58,804 bases of DNA, taken from contig NC_090410.1 of assembly GCF_036365525.1 (NCBI RefSeq), positions 11,687,391-11,746,194 on the forward strand, read 5' to 3'. Below, piece after piece: positions 35,140 to 49,389 of the stretch (position 1 is its first letter; every line of letters starts with the position of its first letter). Source of the DNA: Heterodontus francisci. Its lineage: Eukaryota. The notes under the pieces are model-generated. The model ran no database searches. It was not told the DNA's origin and was given only the letters and a program-made list of their open reading frames with translations. The position numbers and the translations under genes are program-made.

Positions 35140-36526
35140 CTATTGTAAAAAATGAACAGCAAGGTTTCAAAACAGGTTCATCACAATAAACAGAAACTGG
35201 ATCCTGGGTTTGCATACCTTAGTCTTATTTTAAAATTGGTACAAATTTTACTTTGCAGAGTAGTATAAAAATTTTAAAAAGCTATGCTTCCTCATCAGTG
35301 GGGCCATATGCCTTAAATCTAATTCTTAACTATTCTCTTCATTGCATTCTTCTAGCCAGTGTTCCCTCTAACTTTTTTTGTGGTGTGCAACTTGTTCATT
35401 TCAATGCATGGTATCTTTTAAATGTTTTAGCAGCCGTGCATGCGAATTATCTTAAACAGAACTGAGCAGCCTGCATGGTACCTTCTGGGTTGCTGCACAT
35501 CCACACACCTTAGGGGGAACATAGAACAGCAATAGGTCATCTAGTCCCTCGAGCCTACTCCATCATTCAATGAGATCATGGCTGATCTGCTACCTAACTC
35601 CATAACAGAAGCATTGCTTCCAGCAGCCTTCTACTTTAAAAACATGACAAGCTGGACACTGCACAGGCAATCTTATCTCCTTGATACTTCTTTGACCAAG
35701 CTTTTGGTCAACTAACCTAATATCTCCTTATGTGGCTCGGTGTCTTGTTTTATTTTAATAATGCTCCATGAAGTGCCTTGGGACATTTTATTATATTTAT
35801 ATAGTGCCTTTAATGCAAGCTGTTGTTGATTCAACAGCCAGAAAATATGAGTGATCAAGGACTTCCCAAAACAACAGATGCAAGGTATTGTGAAATTTCC
35901 AAGGCAGGGAAACAAATTATACAGACTCTGGGCAAATTAGCATCTTAACCTTGTCAAAGCCCTTTTTGCAAAAAATACTTGTGAAAACACTTTAAAAGAC
36001 AACATTAAAATAAACACTTTCTCCAAATCTTTCAAAAAGTGCAAAGACATAACATCCTGAACACCAGTGTACTCTGTTCTATTCCCAACCTGAGTAACTT
36101 ATGTATTAAAGGGAACTTTGGTTGTGTGTGGCCTCTTTGTTGTACTGCGTGGTACACTCCAGACTGCTGTGCACTTGCTCAGCTTACAGTAAACAATGAC
36201 TCCAACATCACACCACTAATCCTATATCCAGTTATATTTAGCTCCCAATCACTACTAGATCACACCCATCAAGTTACATACTTACTTTCTTTAATACTCC
36301 TAAAACTATTAAAATAAATTGTTTGGTTGATAGGAAAGCTAAGCAGAGAGAAGCAATCAATACCTCTGCCTTACTATCTTGCTTGGCTTCTGAACCTGTT
36401 CTATTCCAATCTTTAACTTTCCCCCCAATAATACATTTAAAATTTTGATGTATCCCACCAGATACCTATTCTCTTTTCTCATATCACAAATGCCCAATCC
36501 CAGTAATCAGCTGAAGCACCTTTCCT

Positions 36527-37080
36527 AAATAAAAACAAGGTGCTGAAAATACTCAGCATCTGCAAAGAGAGCAGAGTTAACGTTCCAGATCTGGGACCTT
36601 TTATCAGAACTGGCAAAGGTTAGAAATGTTTTAAGCAAGTGGAGCAGGAATGGGGGAAGACAACAAAAAGGACAGCGTGTGATAGGGCAAGAGAGATTAA
36701 CTGACAAGGAGGTCATGGGGCAAAGGGAGAGTACTAATGGTATGGTGAAAGAGCAACACCATTAGAACACTCCCTTTGCCCCATGACCTCCTTTTCAGTT
36801 AATCTCTCTTGCCCTCTGCCTCATCAGGCACCGTCCCTTTTGTTCTCTTCCTCCCCCCTAAACCCCAACCGTCCCTGTTGTTCTCTTCTCTCCCACCTCC
36901 ACTTCACTTGCTCAAAACCTATTACATTTCTAACCTTTGCCAGTTCTGATGAAAGGTCACAGACCTTAAACGTTAACTCTGATTCTCTCTCCACAGATGC
37001 TGGCAGACCTGCTGACTATTTCCAGCACTTTCTTGTTTTTATTTCAGATTTCCAGCATCTGCAGTATTTGGCTTTTATAT
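36527..37080. mobile_element. Longer fold-back Penelope-like element, family A, with a mutated hammerhead in each arm
   Basis: Inverted arms; AGTT-CTGATGA(36946-52)-AAGGTCacaGACCT-TAAA-CGTT-AACT; degenerate 15-nt TSD (36512-26 and 37081-95). Confidence 0.8.
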
Positions 37081-37499
37081 TGGAGCATCTTTGCTTCTGG
37101 TCCAAGGTCAGGGCGTTCCCCCCGTGCAGCAATGCACAGGACAGCACACAGCTTTCAAGGTGGGCCCAAGCCAGTGTTTTGTCCCTCTAATTTTCTCCAA
37201 ATAAATGGCACGCCATTCCATTCTAAGCATCTGCCTTAAATCAATATCGGATGTTCTCCTGAGGTACTGGTTGAGGTAGAGGCGATGGATCTGCACATAA
37301 TCTGGGAATGTCTAATGCTGACACCATGCACTCCAAGTGGAAAAATATTCCCATCTTCCAATGTATTCCATATCCTGATGCATGTAAAAAACTATTTTTT
37401 AAGTGGTGACAACTAGACAGCTTTGAACCGTGAAGAACATAAGACAAGTTATAGAAAGCAAAAAAGCTGCACATAGGCACTTACTAAAAGATTCTACAG

Positions 37500-38270
37500 C
37501 ACTTAGAGCCCACGGTCTACGCAGCTTGCACCGGGCAGCCGGTTTAAAACTTCACCCGTCAATGAAAGCTAGCATAAAGAGTGCAGGCGCACCTTAAACC
37601 CCGCCCATGTCAATCTGACCCCGAATCTCCGCCCACTTGACCGCGCCCCTAAACCCCGCCCATGCCAAGCTGCGCCTGCCCATGACTCCGCCCACGACTC
37701 TGTCCAACTCCAGCCGGCCCCGCCCCTGAACTCCGACCATGGCAACGCCCACGTCTAACCGACTCCGCCCCATGTCCTGACCCCCACGGGCCTTCGGTGT
37801 GCCTCTCCCAAGTTTTATTTCGCGCTCCCCGGGGCCATCACTCACTCACTTTCAGCTCGGACACGGTGATGCCGCGGTTGAATCTTTTCTCCGAGACAAA
37901 CGAAGTCAACGAGCTGGTGATCCGCACCTCCACCGCCGGCGCCGACACCACCTTGTACGACTCCTCCTCCATCTCAGTCAGCTTGGCCGCACTGCCGGCC
38001 TGCGAGCGTGTCCTCCGGCTCCGGTGGGCGATGCGCGGGCCTCGGTTTTCAGGCGGGGCCGGAGGGCGGCTAATGGGGCTCTCTCAGCGGGGAAGTTACT
38101 GGCTAACGGGCGGCGCGATTTAAATCTTTGTGCCGTTTCCTCTCGCGCAGCCCGATTCCAGAATCTTCCAGCACCGGTGGTTGGATGATCGGAAGGCCAC
38201 GCCTACCGTCCAATCAAGAGAAGACCAGGAGGGGCACGTGTTCATTATGTTCGTCTCCATGGTAATTATT
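37500..38270 (-). promoter_or_regulatory. TBCB CpG island and promoter
   Basis: CpG-dense; clustered CCGCCC boxes at 37600-37770; CCAAT 38210-14, CACGTG 38235-40, X-box-like GTCTCCATGGTAAT 38253-66. Confidence 0.8.
37850..37972 (-). CDS. TBCB: TBCB exon 1 (coding part)
   Basis: MEEESYKVVSAPAVEVRITSSLTSFVSEKRFNRGITVSELK then GTGAGT; the six exons sum to 747 nt (248 aa plus stop). Confidence 0.95.
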
Positions 38271-38289
38271 AAGGCTAAGTAATTACAGA

Positions 38290-39500
38290 ATAATTATAAA
38301 ATTTCACTGTATTTCTTGAGTTTATCCATTAGTAGCCTTATTCTGATTTTTCTTTTGTTATTTGTGTCAGTAAATTCTTTTTCTGCTGGACTTTACTGAT
38401 CACCATTTTAAGTGTTTCACTTCTTTGTCAGTAAATCTTTCCAGTTTATTTTCCCTAGTTCCATCCTAGTTCCCTAAAATATTTTTTTAAAATGTTACTT
38501 TGGTCCTCGTCTTACTTACGTCCTTCTCGATCTTTATCTTACACCTTATTATGTTGTGATCATTATTGGCTAGATGTTCCCCAGTGCTTACTTATATCTG
38601 CTCTGGTTCATTTCCCCACTATTAGATCCAGCAATGGATCTCTCTTGTTGGGCAAGAAAGGAGTCCTCCACACTTTGTAAAACACCACTCTCTGTACCCC
38701 TTTTTCTACCTCTTTACCCCCAAATTAACTGGGAAAATTAAACCCTATAAAATTACTATTCTGTCCTTTACTCATTTCACATATTTGCTTATAGATTTCT
38801 TTCCCCACCTCCTTTCCAGTGTTAAGTGGCTTGTTAATATAGTCCTATTAATGTGATCGATCCCTTATGCAGATCTTTTATTGCAATCCATATGTACTCT
38901 GTTTCTAACCTTCTGTTCATTACATATCTTCTACTGCCATTGTTATCTCTAATTAGAACACCTACCCCAACCTCCTCTTCCTTCCCTAATGTTTCTGATT
39001 ATGTTGTAATCTGCATTATTTAGTTGCCAGTTCTTTATGCAGCCACATTTGTTATTCCTACTACATCTGGTTCCTCACTACTGACTTTTGCCTGCTGTTC
39101 CCCTATTTTATTTTGAATGGTATGCACATTGATGTATGAGCAATTTAATTTGTCTTTAACAGTTGTTCCTTTTACTTTATTTTTAATGGTTCTTTTGTAT
39201 TTCTGCTTTATAATTGCATTTGTTACCCTTGTTCCTTACCTTGGTCTGATCTTTCATCTCCTATTTCAATTATCATCAGAATTATTTTATTTTCACCAAA
39301 TTCCTCCTTTCCTACTAGTTTAAAGACCTATTGACAGCCCTATTTACCCTTTCCACTAGGTTACTGGTCCCACTTCGGTTCAGGTGGAGCCTGTCCCAGT
39401 GGGATAGCTCCTTCCTGTCCCAGTACTGGTGCACTGTCCTACGACATAGAACCTCTTCTTTCGTCACCAGTCTTTCAGCCATACATTCACCTTGCTGACT
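38290..39500 (-). mobile_element. Highly decayed CR1 (endonuclease region and ORF1 end)
   Basis: Antisense remnants resembling the CR1 endonuclease start and the DGLHL esterase motif near 39380-39420. Confidence 0.5.
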
Positions 39501-39855
39501 TGCCTATTAGCTGGGGCTGGGGTGGTATTTTAGAATATTATTTAAAATTTATTGACAATCAGAAGAATCAAAAAGTTGACTCTGGTAATTAGGTTCAAAA
39601 CATCTAACAGGCCATCTACGGGGCAGCAAGATGACTCTCTGTATCTAACATCACTCTATTATTGCAAGACTGCTTTGCATATAAGTCAACATCAACCAGC
39701 TAGTCTACTAACATAGTTTTACTGAACTCTGTGTCACTGTCCCAAAAGAAAATTCAACAGCACAGTGAATGCTAGAACTTTATACTTGAATTTAGACATA
39801 AAATGGTGGGTGTGTCAAGGCATCTGAGAAGGGAATCACTTCTAAACCTAATTTA

Positions 39856-40025
39856 GTGTCAGCCATGGCACTGAGTAGCACTCTCACATCAAGAGTCAGA
39901 AATTTGCGGTTTTGAGCCCCTGTCTAGAGACCTGAGCACATAATCCAGGCTGACATTTCTGTACTGAGGGAGTGCTGCACTGTTGGAGTTGCCGTCTTTT
40001 GGATGAGATGTTAAACCAACATCCC
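39856..40025 (+). mobile_element. Deu-domain SINE, 5' part
   Basis: GTGTCAGCCATGGC head and GTACTGAGGGAGTGCTGCACTG core. Confidence 0.7.
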
Positions 40026-40689
40026 CTCCAAGTGACACACCATCCTGAATTGGATATTTCTCACTGTGCATTCATCATTTCTGGATCAATAGCCTGGAAA
40101 TGTCCTACCTAACACCTATGTGGAAGCACCATCACCACACGGACTGTAGAGGTTCAAGGAGTAGGCCCACCACCATCTTTTCAGGGCAAAGAATGAATAA
40201 TAAACATGGCCTTGCCCATGATACCCACATCCCGTAAACAAGTAAGAAAAAATATCAATCCCATTCACCAAAAACGTCAGTTCCAACAGTTCTCAAATGT
40301 TGATAGCGTGACAGGGTACAGAGAGCTATTAGTAAAATGAACAATTGAAAATATTACATCAATTAAAGTGTTAAATTTAAAATTATTTTGAGAGAACAAC
40401 CTTTTTCCACCTGCTCGCTCTAAGCCTGATGTTGTGTCTTCAGTGTACCAGAATGAGGAACTCACCAAAAAGCAGCAACTATAATTGGCTCCATGTCCCA
40501 TTGGTCTATGCCAATCAGCACCGAGAGAAAGCTGGTCACAAGCCAAGGCTTTATCTTAAACTATATAAGAATGAACTTCAGTGAGCTGAGATCTGGGACT
40601 GGACAAATTATGACTTAAGCAATATTACAAAAATTGTATTAGAGAACTTCACAACAGTGAAAATAGAGAAATATTTGGTTAAAGAACAT

Positions 40690-41040
40690 TTGTCGATAAG
40701 ACCGATCTCTTGCTCTCTTGACCCTTTTACCACTAAACTCCTGACCACCCAGCTTCCCTTCCTGGCTCCCATGTTTGTTGATATTGTTAACGGTTCTCTG
40801 TCCTCAGCTACTGTCCCCTTCCTGTCAAATCTGCTATCATCACCCTTCTCTGCAAAAAAAACCCTTAACCCCTCTGTCCTTGCAAACTACCACTCCAACT
40901 TCCCTTTCTCTTCTAAAGTTCTTGGATGTTCACCTCCTAAATCTGACCCCTTCTTTCCCAGAACTCCATATTTGAATCCCTCCAATCAGGTTTCTGCCCC
41001 GCCACAGGACTGAAATCAATCATCAAAGTCACAAAGACTG
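40690..41040 (+). mobile_element. L2 LINE RT fragment
   Basis: SCSLDPFTTKLL...IVNGSLSS...KKTLNPSVLANY. Confidence 0.7.
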
Positions 41041-41044
41041 TGAC

Positions 41045-41720
41045 CACATCCCTGTTTCTATTGATGTCATTGGTACCGATATGGGCCACTACCTCTGGCT
41101 GACCCCCCCCAGAATGTTCTGCAGCCACTCAGCAACATCCTTGCACCAGGGAGGCAACATATCATCTTGGAATCACATCTGTGGCTGCAAAAATGCTTGC
41201 CTGTTCCCCTAACTATTGAATCTCCGGTCACTTGCTTTTCTGACCTTCCTCTTTCCACCCTGCACGGCTGAGCCACCCACGGTGCCATGTAGTTGGCTCT
41301 TGTTGTACTCTACAGAGAAACCATCAGTACACCAGTATTCAGAATGGAATGCCATTTAGAGAGCAATGTAACACTTGTGCAACAGCGTTCAAGGTGGCAG
41401 CTCACCTCCACCTTCTCTGTGGCAATTAGGGATGGGCAAGCCTTGCTAGTGAAGCCCACATCCCATGAACAAATAAAAAGTAATGCCCTTCGGTCTCCGG
41501 CACTACCTGCCTGGTTCTCCTCGTCTGTTTGTCAGTCACCCATTCCCTTTAGGCCTGCACACTGTTAAGCTCTGAGGTGACCACCTCCTGGAATGTGCTA
41601 TCCCCAAGAAGAATCCTGGCATTCTCACATGGAATAGGATACACATTCCACAGCACTGAGTTGCCCTGCTGTGCCTCAATTTGTTAGATTACTATTTAAA
41701 TTTACCAGAAATAATAGTTA
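41045..41720 (-). mobile_element. CR1 ORF1 (SGNH esterase) remnant
   Basis: GDSIVRG...CCLPGAR and VVAHIGTNDI motifs. Confidence 0.75.
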
Positions 41721-43469
41721 AGACTTATCCCTGATCTGGACAAAAAAACTCATCACTTGGCTCCTCCTCTTGTGCTGCCATCACTTTAGATTTTTTCTTT
41801 ACTTCTATCCCTGACGTTCGAGCTCCTTTACCTCCTGGCCATCTGAATGAGTACGACTTACAGGTACTAGCTACTTGTAACTCTCCCGCCCCTCCACCCC
41901 TGAACTCCCTTAGGTCCGTACTCTCTTACCCCGGCTCTGCCATTCTTTCCTAGAAACTGACCTCTGAAAGACGGGGATACTAAGTTCTAAAAGTTAACTG
42001 AAGGCACTGAAAATTATATCTTATCAATTTAAAACACAATATAAACTACTACCAAATGAATTTCAACAGCAGAAAACAAACAATTTAATAAAGCAAACTA
42101 GCACTTCCTTGTTGCTCAATCTGCTCCCGCTGCGGCACCTTTTCATTTTAGTATTTCGTGTTCAGCGCATGCTTTGGCTCTGATTTACTACTCTCGCCGA
42201 CTCTCTGCCGCTGCAGTTTCCCCTCAGCCTTGCTCTGTCCACCACTGCTTTTACCTGGTGGTCTTCTCGCACTGTTTCCCCTGAGGTTTGCCGTCTCCCA
42301 GACATGCCATGTGATTTCTCAGTAAAGTTAAGGCTGTCTTGGAATCTCGCAAGAGGGCTCTGCAATCTCGGGATTTTTCAAAAATGTTTATTTTGGGGTA
42401 AGATTACCATTGGAGGCGGTGGGAAATGTGTAACCATTGAGACCTAAAGACAGCGCACTCCGTCTTGGCATCTTGTTTCTCTTTTTGCAAATGTGTTCAG
42501 CTCAGTGTGAGGGGCCTGGGGAGAGAGCAGGGGAGTAGGATTATAATTGGATAGTTCTTTCAAAAAGCCAGCACAGACACGATGGTCCGAATGTGCTGTA
42601 TCATTCTATGATTCTATCCTTGTGTGAAGAATTGACTCCATAATTACTGTACCATACTCATCCATTAGTATGTTTCCGAATGTCCTGTGGCCTTGTTCAT
42701 GGTTAGCAGCGTATCTTTTAGCTGTGTTCACTGTAACAAGCTGAGGGAACGCAGTCTCACCACAGGAGCAAGTAACAGGCCTTGTACTTAATGGAAATTT
42801 GGAATTCCCCATCCACATTTTCGCCCACCCCCACAAATAACATCTGTTGAGGTGGGGGGAGGGGGGGCAGGTGCAATTAGAAATTTCAAGAGATTGAAAG
42901 GTTTTTCTTAGTCAAGGGGATTAAAGGATATAGGTTGGGGGGAGGGTGGCAGAGAGGGTAAATGGAGTTGATACATATACGCCATGATCTAATTGAGTGG
43001 CGGAAGATGCTCAAGGGGCTTAATGGCCATTTGTCCTTATTCTTGCAGAAGGTGTAAAATTAAGAAATCTTGTGGGGAAGAAGCATGAAAGGAATAAGCA
43101 GTGACTGGATGCCAAGATGTCTGGTGGGGAAGTGATAAGCATCAGGGATGAGGAAAGGTTTGGACATCACAATGTCATGAGAGGGGAGAAAGTACAGATA
43201 TTCAAGGCCAGCCTCACCACTCAAGCATGTAAAATGTCCAGAGAACAATACACAGATAAAACTATTTTACGCATGGGTGGGTGGGTGAAGGGAAGAGGTG
43301 GGCTGCATGACACCTGGACAAACATACTGGTGCTTTAACTGTGTACTGCACGTGTGCTTACAACAACTTGCATTTATATAGCAGCATTAATGTCCCAAAA
43401 AGTTGCCAATATGCACTAAACCTCCATTAATCCTACACACTTAACAGTATAAAGGATACATACTTTACA

Positions 43470-45145
43470 CTATAGATGATACAAAAACATTCCAGTAATA
43501 GCTGTAAATCAGGAGGTGGAAGGAAGAGAGGAACTTGGTGAAATTACAATCACCAGGGAAACGGTGCTGAGCAAGCTGATGGAACTACGGGCTGACAAGT
43601 CCCCAAGTCCTGATGGGCTTCATCCTAGGGTCTTAAAAGAGGTGGCTAATGAAGTAGATGTGTTAATTTTTCAAAATTCGCTAGATTCTGGAAAGGTTCC
43701 ATCAGACTGGAAAGTAGCAAATATAACTCTATTCAAGGGGGATGAGACAGAAAACAGGTAACTATAGACTAATTAGCTTGACGTTTGTCATGAGGAAGGT
43801 GTTAGAATCGATCAGTAAGGTGGCTATAGCTGGGCACTTAAAAAAAACTCAAGATAATTGGGAATAGTCAGCATGGTTTTGTGAAAGAGAAATCATGTTT
43901 AACCAATTTATTGGCGTTCTTTGAAGGAGTAACATGCGCTGTGGATAAAGGGGAGCCCGTTGCTGTACTGTACTTGGATTTCCAGAAGGCATTTGGCAAG
44001 GTGCCACATAAAAGGTTATTGTCCAAAGAGCTCATGTTGTAGGGGGTAACATATTAGCAAGGATAGAAGATTGGCTGGCTGGCAGAAAACAGAATATGCA
44101 TAAATGGGTCCTTTTCTGATTGGCAGCATGTGACGAGTGGATTCCTGCTGGGGCCTCAACTTTTTACAATTTATATCAATGACTTAGATGAGGGGAGCGA
44201 TGGTATGGTAGCTAAATTTGCAGATGACACTGAGATAGGTAGGAAAGTATGTTGTGAAGAGGACATAAGGAGGTTGCAGACCGATTATAGATAGGTTAAG
44301 TGAGTGAGCAAAAATCTGAAAGATGGAGTATAATGTGGGAAAACGTGAAGTTGTTCACTTTGGCAGGAAGAATAAAAAAGCAGAGTATTACTTAAACAGA
44401 GAACAACTGCAGAATTCCGAGGTGCAGAGGGATCTAGGTGTTTTAGTGCATGAAACACAAAAAGTTAGAATGCAGGTACAGCAAGTAATAAAGAAGGCTG
44501 AAGGAATGATATCCTTTATTACAAGAGGAATTGAAAATAAAAGTAAGGATGTTGTGCTTCAGTTATACAGGGGATTGGTGAGTCCACATCTCGAACACTG
44601 TGTGCAGTTTTGGTCTCCTTATTTAAGGAAGGGTGTAAATGCATTGGAGGCAGTTCAGAGGAGGTTTACTAGATTGATACCTGGAATGAGGGGGTTGTCT
44701 TATGAGGAAAGGTTGGACAGACTGGGCTTGTTTTCACGAGTTTAGAAAAGTGAAGGGAGACTTGATTGAAGTTTATAAGATCCTGAACGGTCTTGACAAG
44801 GTGGATGTGGAAAGGATGTTTCCTCTTGTGGGGGAGTCCGGAACTAGGGGGCACTGTTTTAAAATTAGGGATCGCCCTTTTAGGACAGAGATGAGGAGAA
44901 TTTTTTTTCTCTGAGGGTTGTGCGACTTTAGAACTCTGCCTCAGAAGGTGGTGGAGGCGGGGTCACTGAATATTTTTAAGACAGAGGTAGATAGATTCTT
45001 GTTAGGCAAGGGAATCAAAGGTTATCTGGGTAGATTGGAGTGTGGAATTCTAGACCCAAACAGATCAGCCACGATCTTATTGAATGGCAGAGCAGGCTAG
45101 AGGGACAGAATGACCTACTTCTGATCCTAATTTGTATGTTCGTAA
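43470..45145 (+). mobile_element. CR1 LINE, decayed RT and 3' end
   Basis: DKSPSPDGLHPRVLKE, KVPSDWKVANI, KFADDT, LYRGLVSPHLEHCVQFW. Confidence 0.9.
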
Positions 45146-47725
45146 ATTACCAGACACCTCAGGAACTCTTAACTAGTTTTGCACAGGGCTCCCATGAGTA
45201 CTCAGAGGACTCAATTCAGACTTTTGATGAGTTCTTTACTCAGAAGTATAAAATTAGTACCAATCTTCTCAATACTGCACACAACGTATGTTGAATTTTA
45301 GTGCTTAATAAAGGGTATTGATCAAATGTATCTTTGAGACCACAAGCCTGCATTCAATTAAATGGAACACAATTGCCCTAAGCTTTGGTCCCTAGGCAGC
45401 AGAATTGGAGAGTCAAAGGCCAATATGGATTCAGGTTGCTGCAAAGGCGATGGAAGAGCTGCAGAGTTAGAAAATTTTCTACAGGGCTTTCATGTTTTAG
45501 AAATGATATTTAAATTAATGTCTTACTCCACCTGCACCCCTCCCCCGCCAATTGCTGCTCACCAGCTGCAGCCAGTAAGCCGACTATAGTCTGCTGGGCC
45601 GTGGCTTTGGCTGGATACCTCCCCTGGCGTCCCACACGTGCTACAGAAAAATACAGCCACCCACTAATCAGTATCTTCGCAAGTTCCATAGTTTGAGTAG
45701 TTCCCAGTCCCAGTCAGTGCACTTTCCAATGCGCCATGTCAATCATCCCCATTGAAATGTATGGAAGAAAAAGGAGATGATCAGAGAGAGCATGAAAAAG
45801 CTGATGAGGAAAGAGGGAGAAAAGCTGGAAAGGGCGAGAGAGAAGCAGCAACTCAAAAGATAATACAGAAAAATAACAGGAGGCCATTCAGTTAGATTGA
45901 GGCTGATCTGTACCTCAATTCCATTTATCCACCATTGCTCCATGTGCCTTGATACCCTTAGCTCTATCAAAAATCTATCGATCTTAGTAAATTGAACCAG
46001 CATCCACAGCCTTTTTGGGGAGGCCATGCCAGATTAAAAAAGCTTTCTGATTTCACTCTTAAATGGCCTAGCTCTAATTTCAAATTTATGTTTCCTAGTA
46101 GTGGATTCCCCACCAATGGAGATGTTTCTCTGTATCTACCTTAGTGAATCTCTATCATTTTAAACACCTCAATTAGATCACCCCTCAACCAGCTGAACTG
46201 AAGGGAAATGAAAACATGTTTATACAACCAGTTCTTGTAATTTAACCCTTTAAGCTGTGATACCATTCTGATGAATCTGTGATGCACCCCTTATGAGTCC
46301 AGTATCTCACTCAAGGTGAAAAAAATGTAACAGAGCAAGTCATCCCACTCAGAGAGAGATGGGCCAAGGCAGTTCACCTGGTATAACACAAACACTGCAT
46401 GCGGACACATTAACACATTACCTACCCACCCGTCACCTTCAGGCAAGTTTCTTCCAACTAATTTTTGAAAGAAATTTGCTCACAACAGAATGCACAGAAA
46501 AACTCCCCACAGACGAGAAAGTATCGCAGGAATCCTTTCCAAACCTTGAATTCCTGCTGTGTTCTTGGAATATTCAGAAATATGACCAAATGTGCAGCAG
46601 CCTCTCCCAGAAAATTAAAAGGGCCAGAGTAAACTTAAAACCAGCATAAGATATTGGCCCCTCAAGCCTCCCCCACTATTCAATAAGATCACAGCTGATC
46701 TTCTACCTCAACTCCATTTTTCTGGACTATCCCAATGGCCGTCGATTCCCTTAGAACCCAACAAGTTTATCAATGTCAGTCCTGCACAAACACAACACCC
46801 TAGCATTCACAGTCCTCTGGGGTAGAAAATTTCAAAGATTCACAACCATTTGGAGAGATTTCTCCTCATCTCAATCAGAAATAAACACAAAAGGTCAGCG
46901 CTGTCTCATGTGCACACCACCTCCCAACGCTTGGAGAGGTTCACTTGGAATCACCTTGCTCTCTCCAGGCTAGAAGAAGTCAAGAAAAGCAACCCTACCG
47001 TGTTAGAAACATATTTTAAATATTTTAATAAAGGAGAAACCAGTCATTTGTTATCAATTGCAAATCACAGCATGAACAATATTTATAGCCAGAGGTAATG
47101 CCACCAAATGTAGTGCACAGTTCAGTTTCTAGTAGAACTCGATTAAGTGCAAATAATAAAAATAGTGACCATCAACTCTCCAATGGCCCACTCTGCAAAC
47201 AGCAGCAGATGTATTGTTCAGTCAAGGCCTCAATTCCTCAGATACTTTAACGCATCAGATCGGAGATAAACATTTCCAAAAATTGGGGCTTGTTTTTGAC
47301 CAAATGCTATTTCTGAAGCTCGTGGGATTTGTATTGCTCTCTGCTCGTACCTGATACTGTGATGAGAACTACACTGATTGCCTGTCCTTAATTAGTTCCT
47401 TTGCATCTTTGTCTATGTACACAATATATAATAATCTATCTGTAGTAAGACACTGATAAAGCTTCCCGTTTTGCTCTCTGGGTTACATTTAGACTGTACA
47501 GTTACATAAATTAGAAGTGATTTGAGGTTCGAGCTCCAAGGGATTTAGTTTCAAACTACTAATAAATAAAGGAGTTCGTTTCAGCCTGTGATGGGTGCAG
47601 CTTAGGGATTCCTCATCTGAGGACTTGGAACGTCAGTGCACCAGCAGCTCCGACAGTCAATGGGCAAGCACCAAGAAACTGGCAGTGCCCACGCAGCAGA
47701 AGGTACTTTAGCACCCAGACTCCAG

Positions 47726-47779
47726 CTACACCACAGTCCCACTTGGTGAATTAGCCTGATTTTGTGCCGCCAGTAAACC
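47726..47779 (-). CDS. DMWD: DMWD-family terminal coding exon
   Basis: Acceptor TTTTCTATTTTCAG, then GLLAAQNQANSPSGTVV*; SP(S/G)GTVV is the conserved DMWD/WDR20 C-terminus. Confidence 0.88.
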   Translation of the reverse strand, partial: GLLAAQNQANSPSGTVV

Positions 47780-49389
47780 CTGAAAATAGAAAACACACAC
47801 ACACAGGTCACCACAACACAACGGTTAACAAGGGGGCACAATCTTAAAGTTACAGCTAGGATGGCCACAAAGGGTAGTGGAAATCTGGAACTCTCCACAT
47901 AGTAACTATCAAAAGAGAATTGGGTAGATATTTGTGCGGGTAACATTTACAGCGCTTTGGAGAAAGAGAAGGGGAGTAGGATGAATTGGATAGTTCCTTC
48001 ACAGAGCAGGCAAAAGGAAGATGGGCCGAACGGCCTCCTCCTGTGCTGTATGATTCTATAATCACTGCACCCACCCAGCCACCCCCGTGACAGAGAGAGA
48101 TTGCAAAAGGAACAGGAATAGCTGGTTCAGCCCCTCAAGACTGTTTCACCATTCAGTTACACTGTAGCTGATCTGTACCTCAACCCATTTTACCCACCTT
48201 TGATCCATACCCTTATCTAATTTAAAAAAAACCTTTGTGCTCAGCCATGGAAATTTCAATTGACCCAGCATCCAAAGAACTTGGGGTGAAGGAGGAAGAG
48301 TTAAAGTAACCACCACCCTTGTGCAGGGCCTGCTTATAGAGTATACACCTACACCTAGGTGGTGGGTCCACTAACCCCAAGTGCTTTCCCAAGGTTTGAA
48401 TGGCAAAAACTGAAAACGATACCGTATTCCTTCAAACAAAGGTGTTAGTGTCACATAGGAGAGCGGCAAAGTGGATGATGCCACCTCATGGTCCCTTTCT
48501 ACACCACTAGGAACATTCATATATGGTCAAAGTATCCGTAACCCAGCTCTTTAAAATAAACACCTTAGGAGCCCTGTGTTCTAATGATTCTAACACAGCA
48601 ATACAGCCAGTCCGTAGTGGTATACAGTGACTTCCCCTGATGGCTCAGTGTTTAGTGCTGAGCCGTACAGACGATCCTAGATTAGAGACCCAGTCTGTGA
48701 GATGATCTCAGTCAAGACAGCAGCATCAACGTCACGAGTGGTCACAGCACCTGGCCATGAGGGCATGTAGGAAGTCCTGCTCCTGGGTGCTATCCAGTGT
48801 CCCAACTTCTGTCCGGGGGAGTGGGGAGGGTAGTGTAAGGAAATCAGCCATGATAGAGTAGAGTTGTTAAGGTGAAAGAAACTGAAGTGTTTCTCAGTAT
48901 AGAGACTGAAGGCAGACAGTAAAAGAACTTGGTGAGGAAGGCAGGTGGGGCAAGCGGGACTTGGTGTAGAAGATGATGATCCTAAGGAGAGGTAGGAGGG
49001 GGATGAGGTGTCCGAATGTGGAAAAGGAGATGGAAGGGACTGAGGTGGAATTTAAAGATGTCTGTTAAGCTGTCACCACAGCAGCATTTCCACCATGCTC
49101 AGTGAATGTACTAAGCAACTAAACTACACTAACCACGAATGACCCAGCTTTAATCCCTGGCTTATGACTAGTTACTCATCACCTCCTGGGCACAGGATAG
49201 AAAAGTACTTGCTGGGCTCCTGCCCAGGTGGGTATCAAGTGAGTACTGTTGGCCAGAGTTTGCAAGGACCTCAGTGAGGAGAGGGATCAGGATCAGCTGT
49301 GACATCTTCACAGAGAATCAGCCTGTCAACACACACAATGTCGGATTATCCTTTAAAAATGGCCATGAATGAAATACCAGAGCGATGAT

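Noticed and set aside
48324-48576. Possible MITE with CAGGGC...GCCCTG ends
   Set aside because: Only a 6-bp terminal match, no TSD and no second copy in the window
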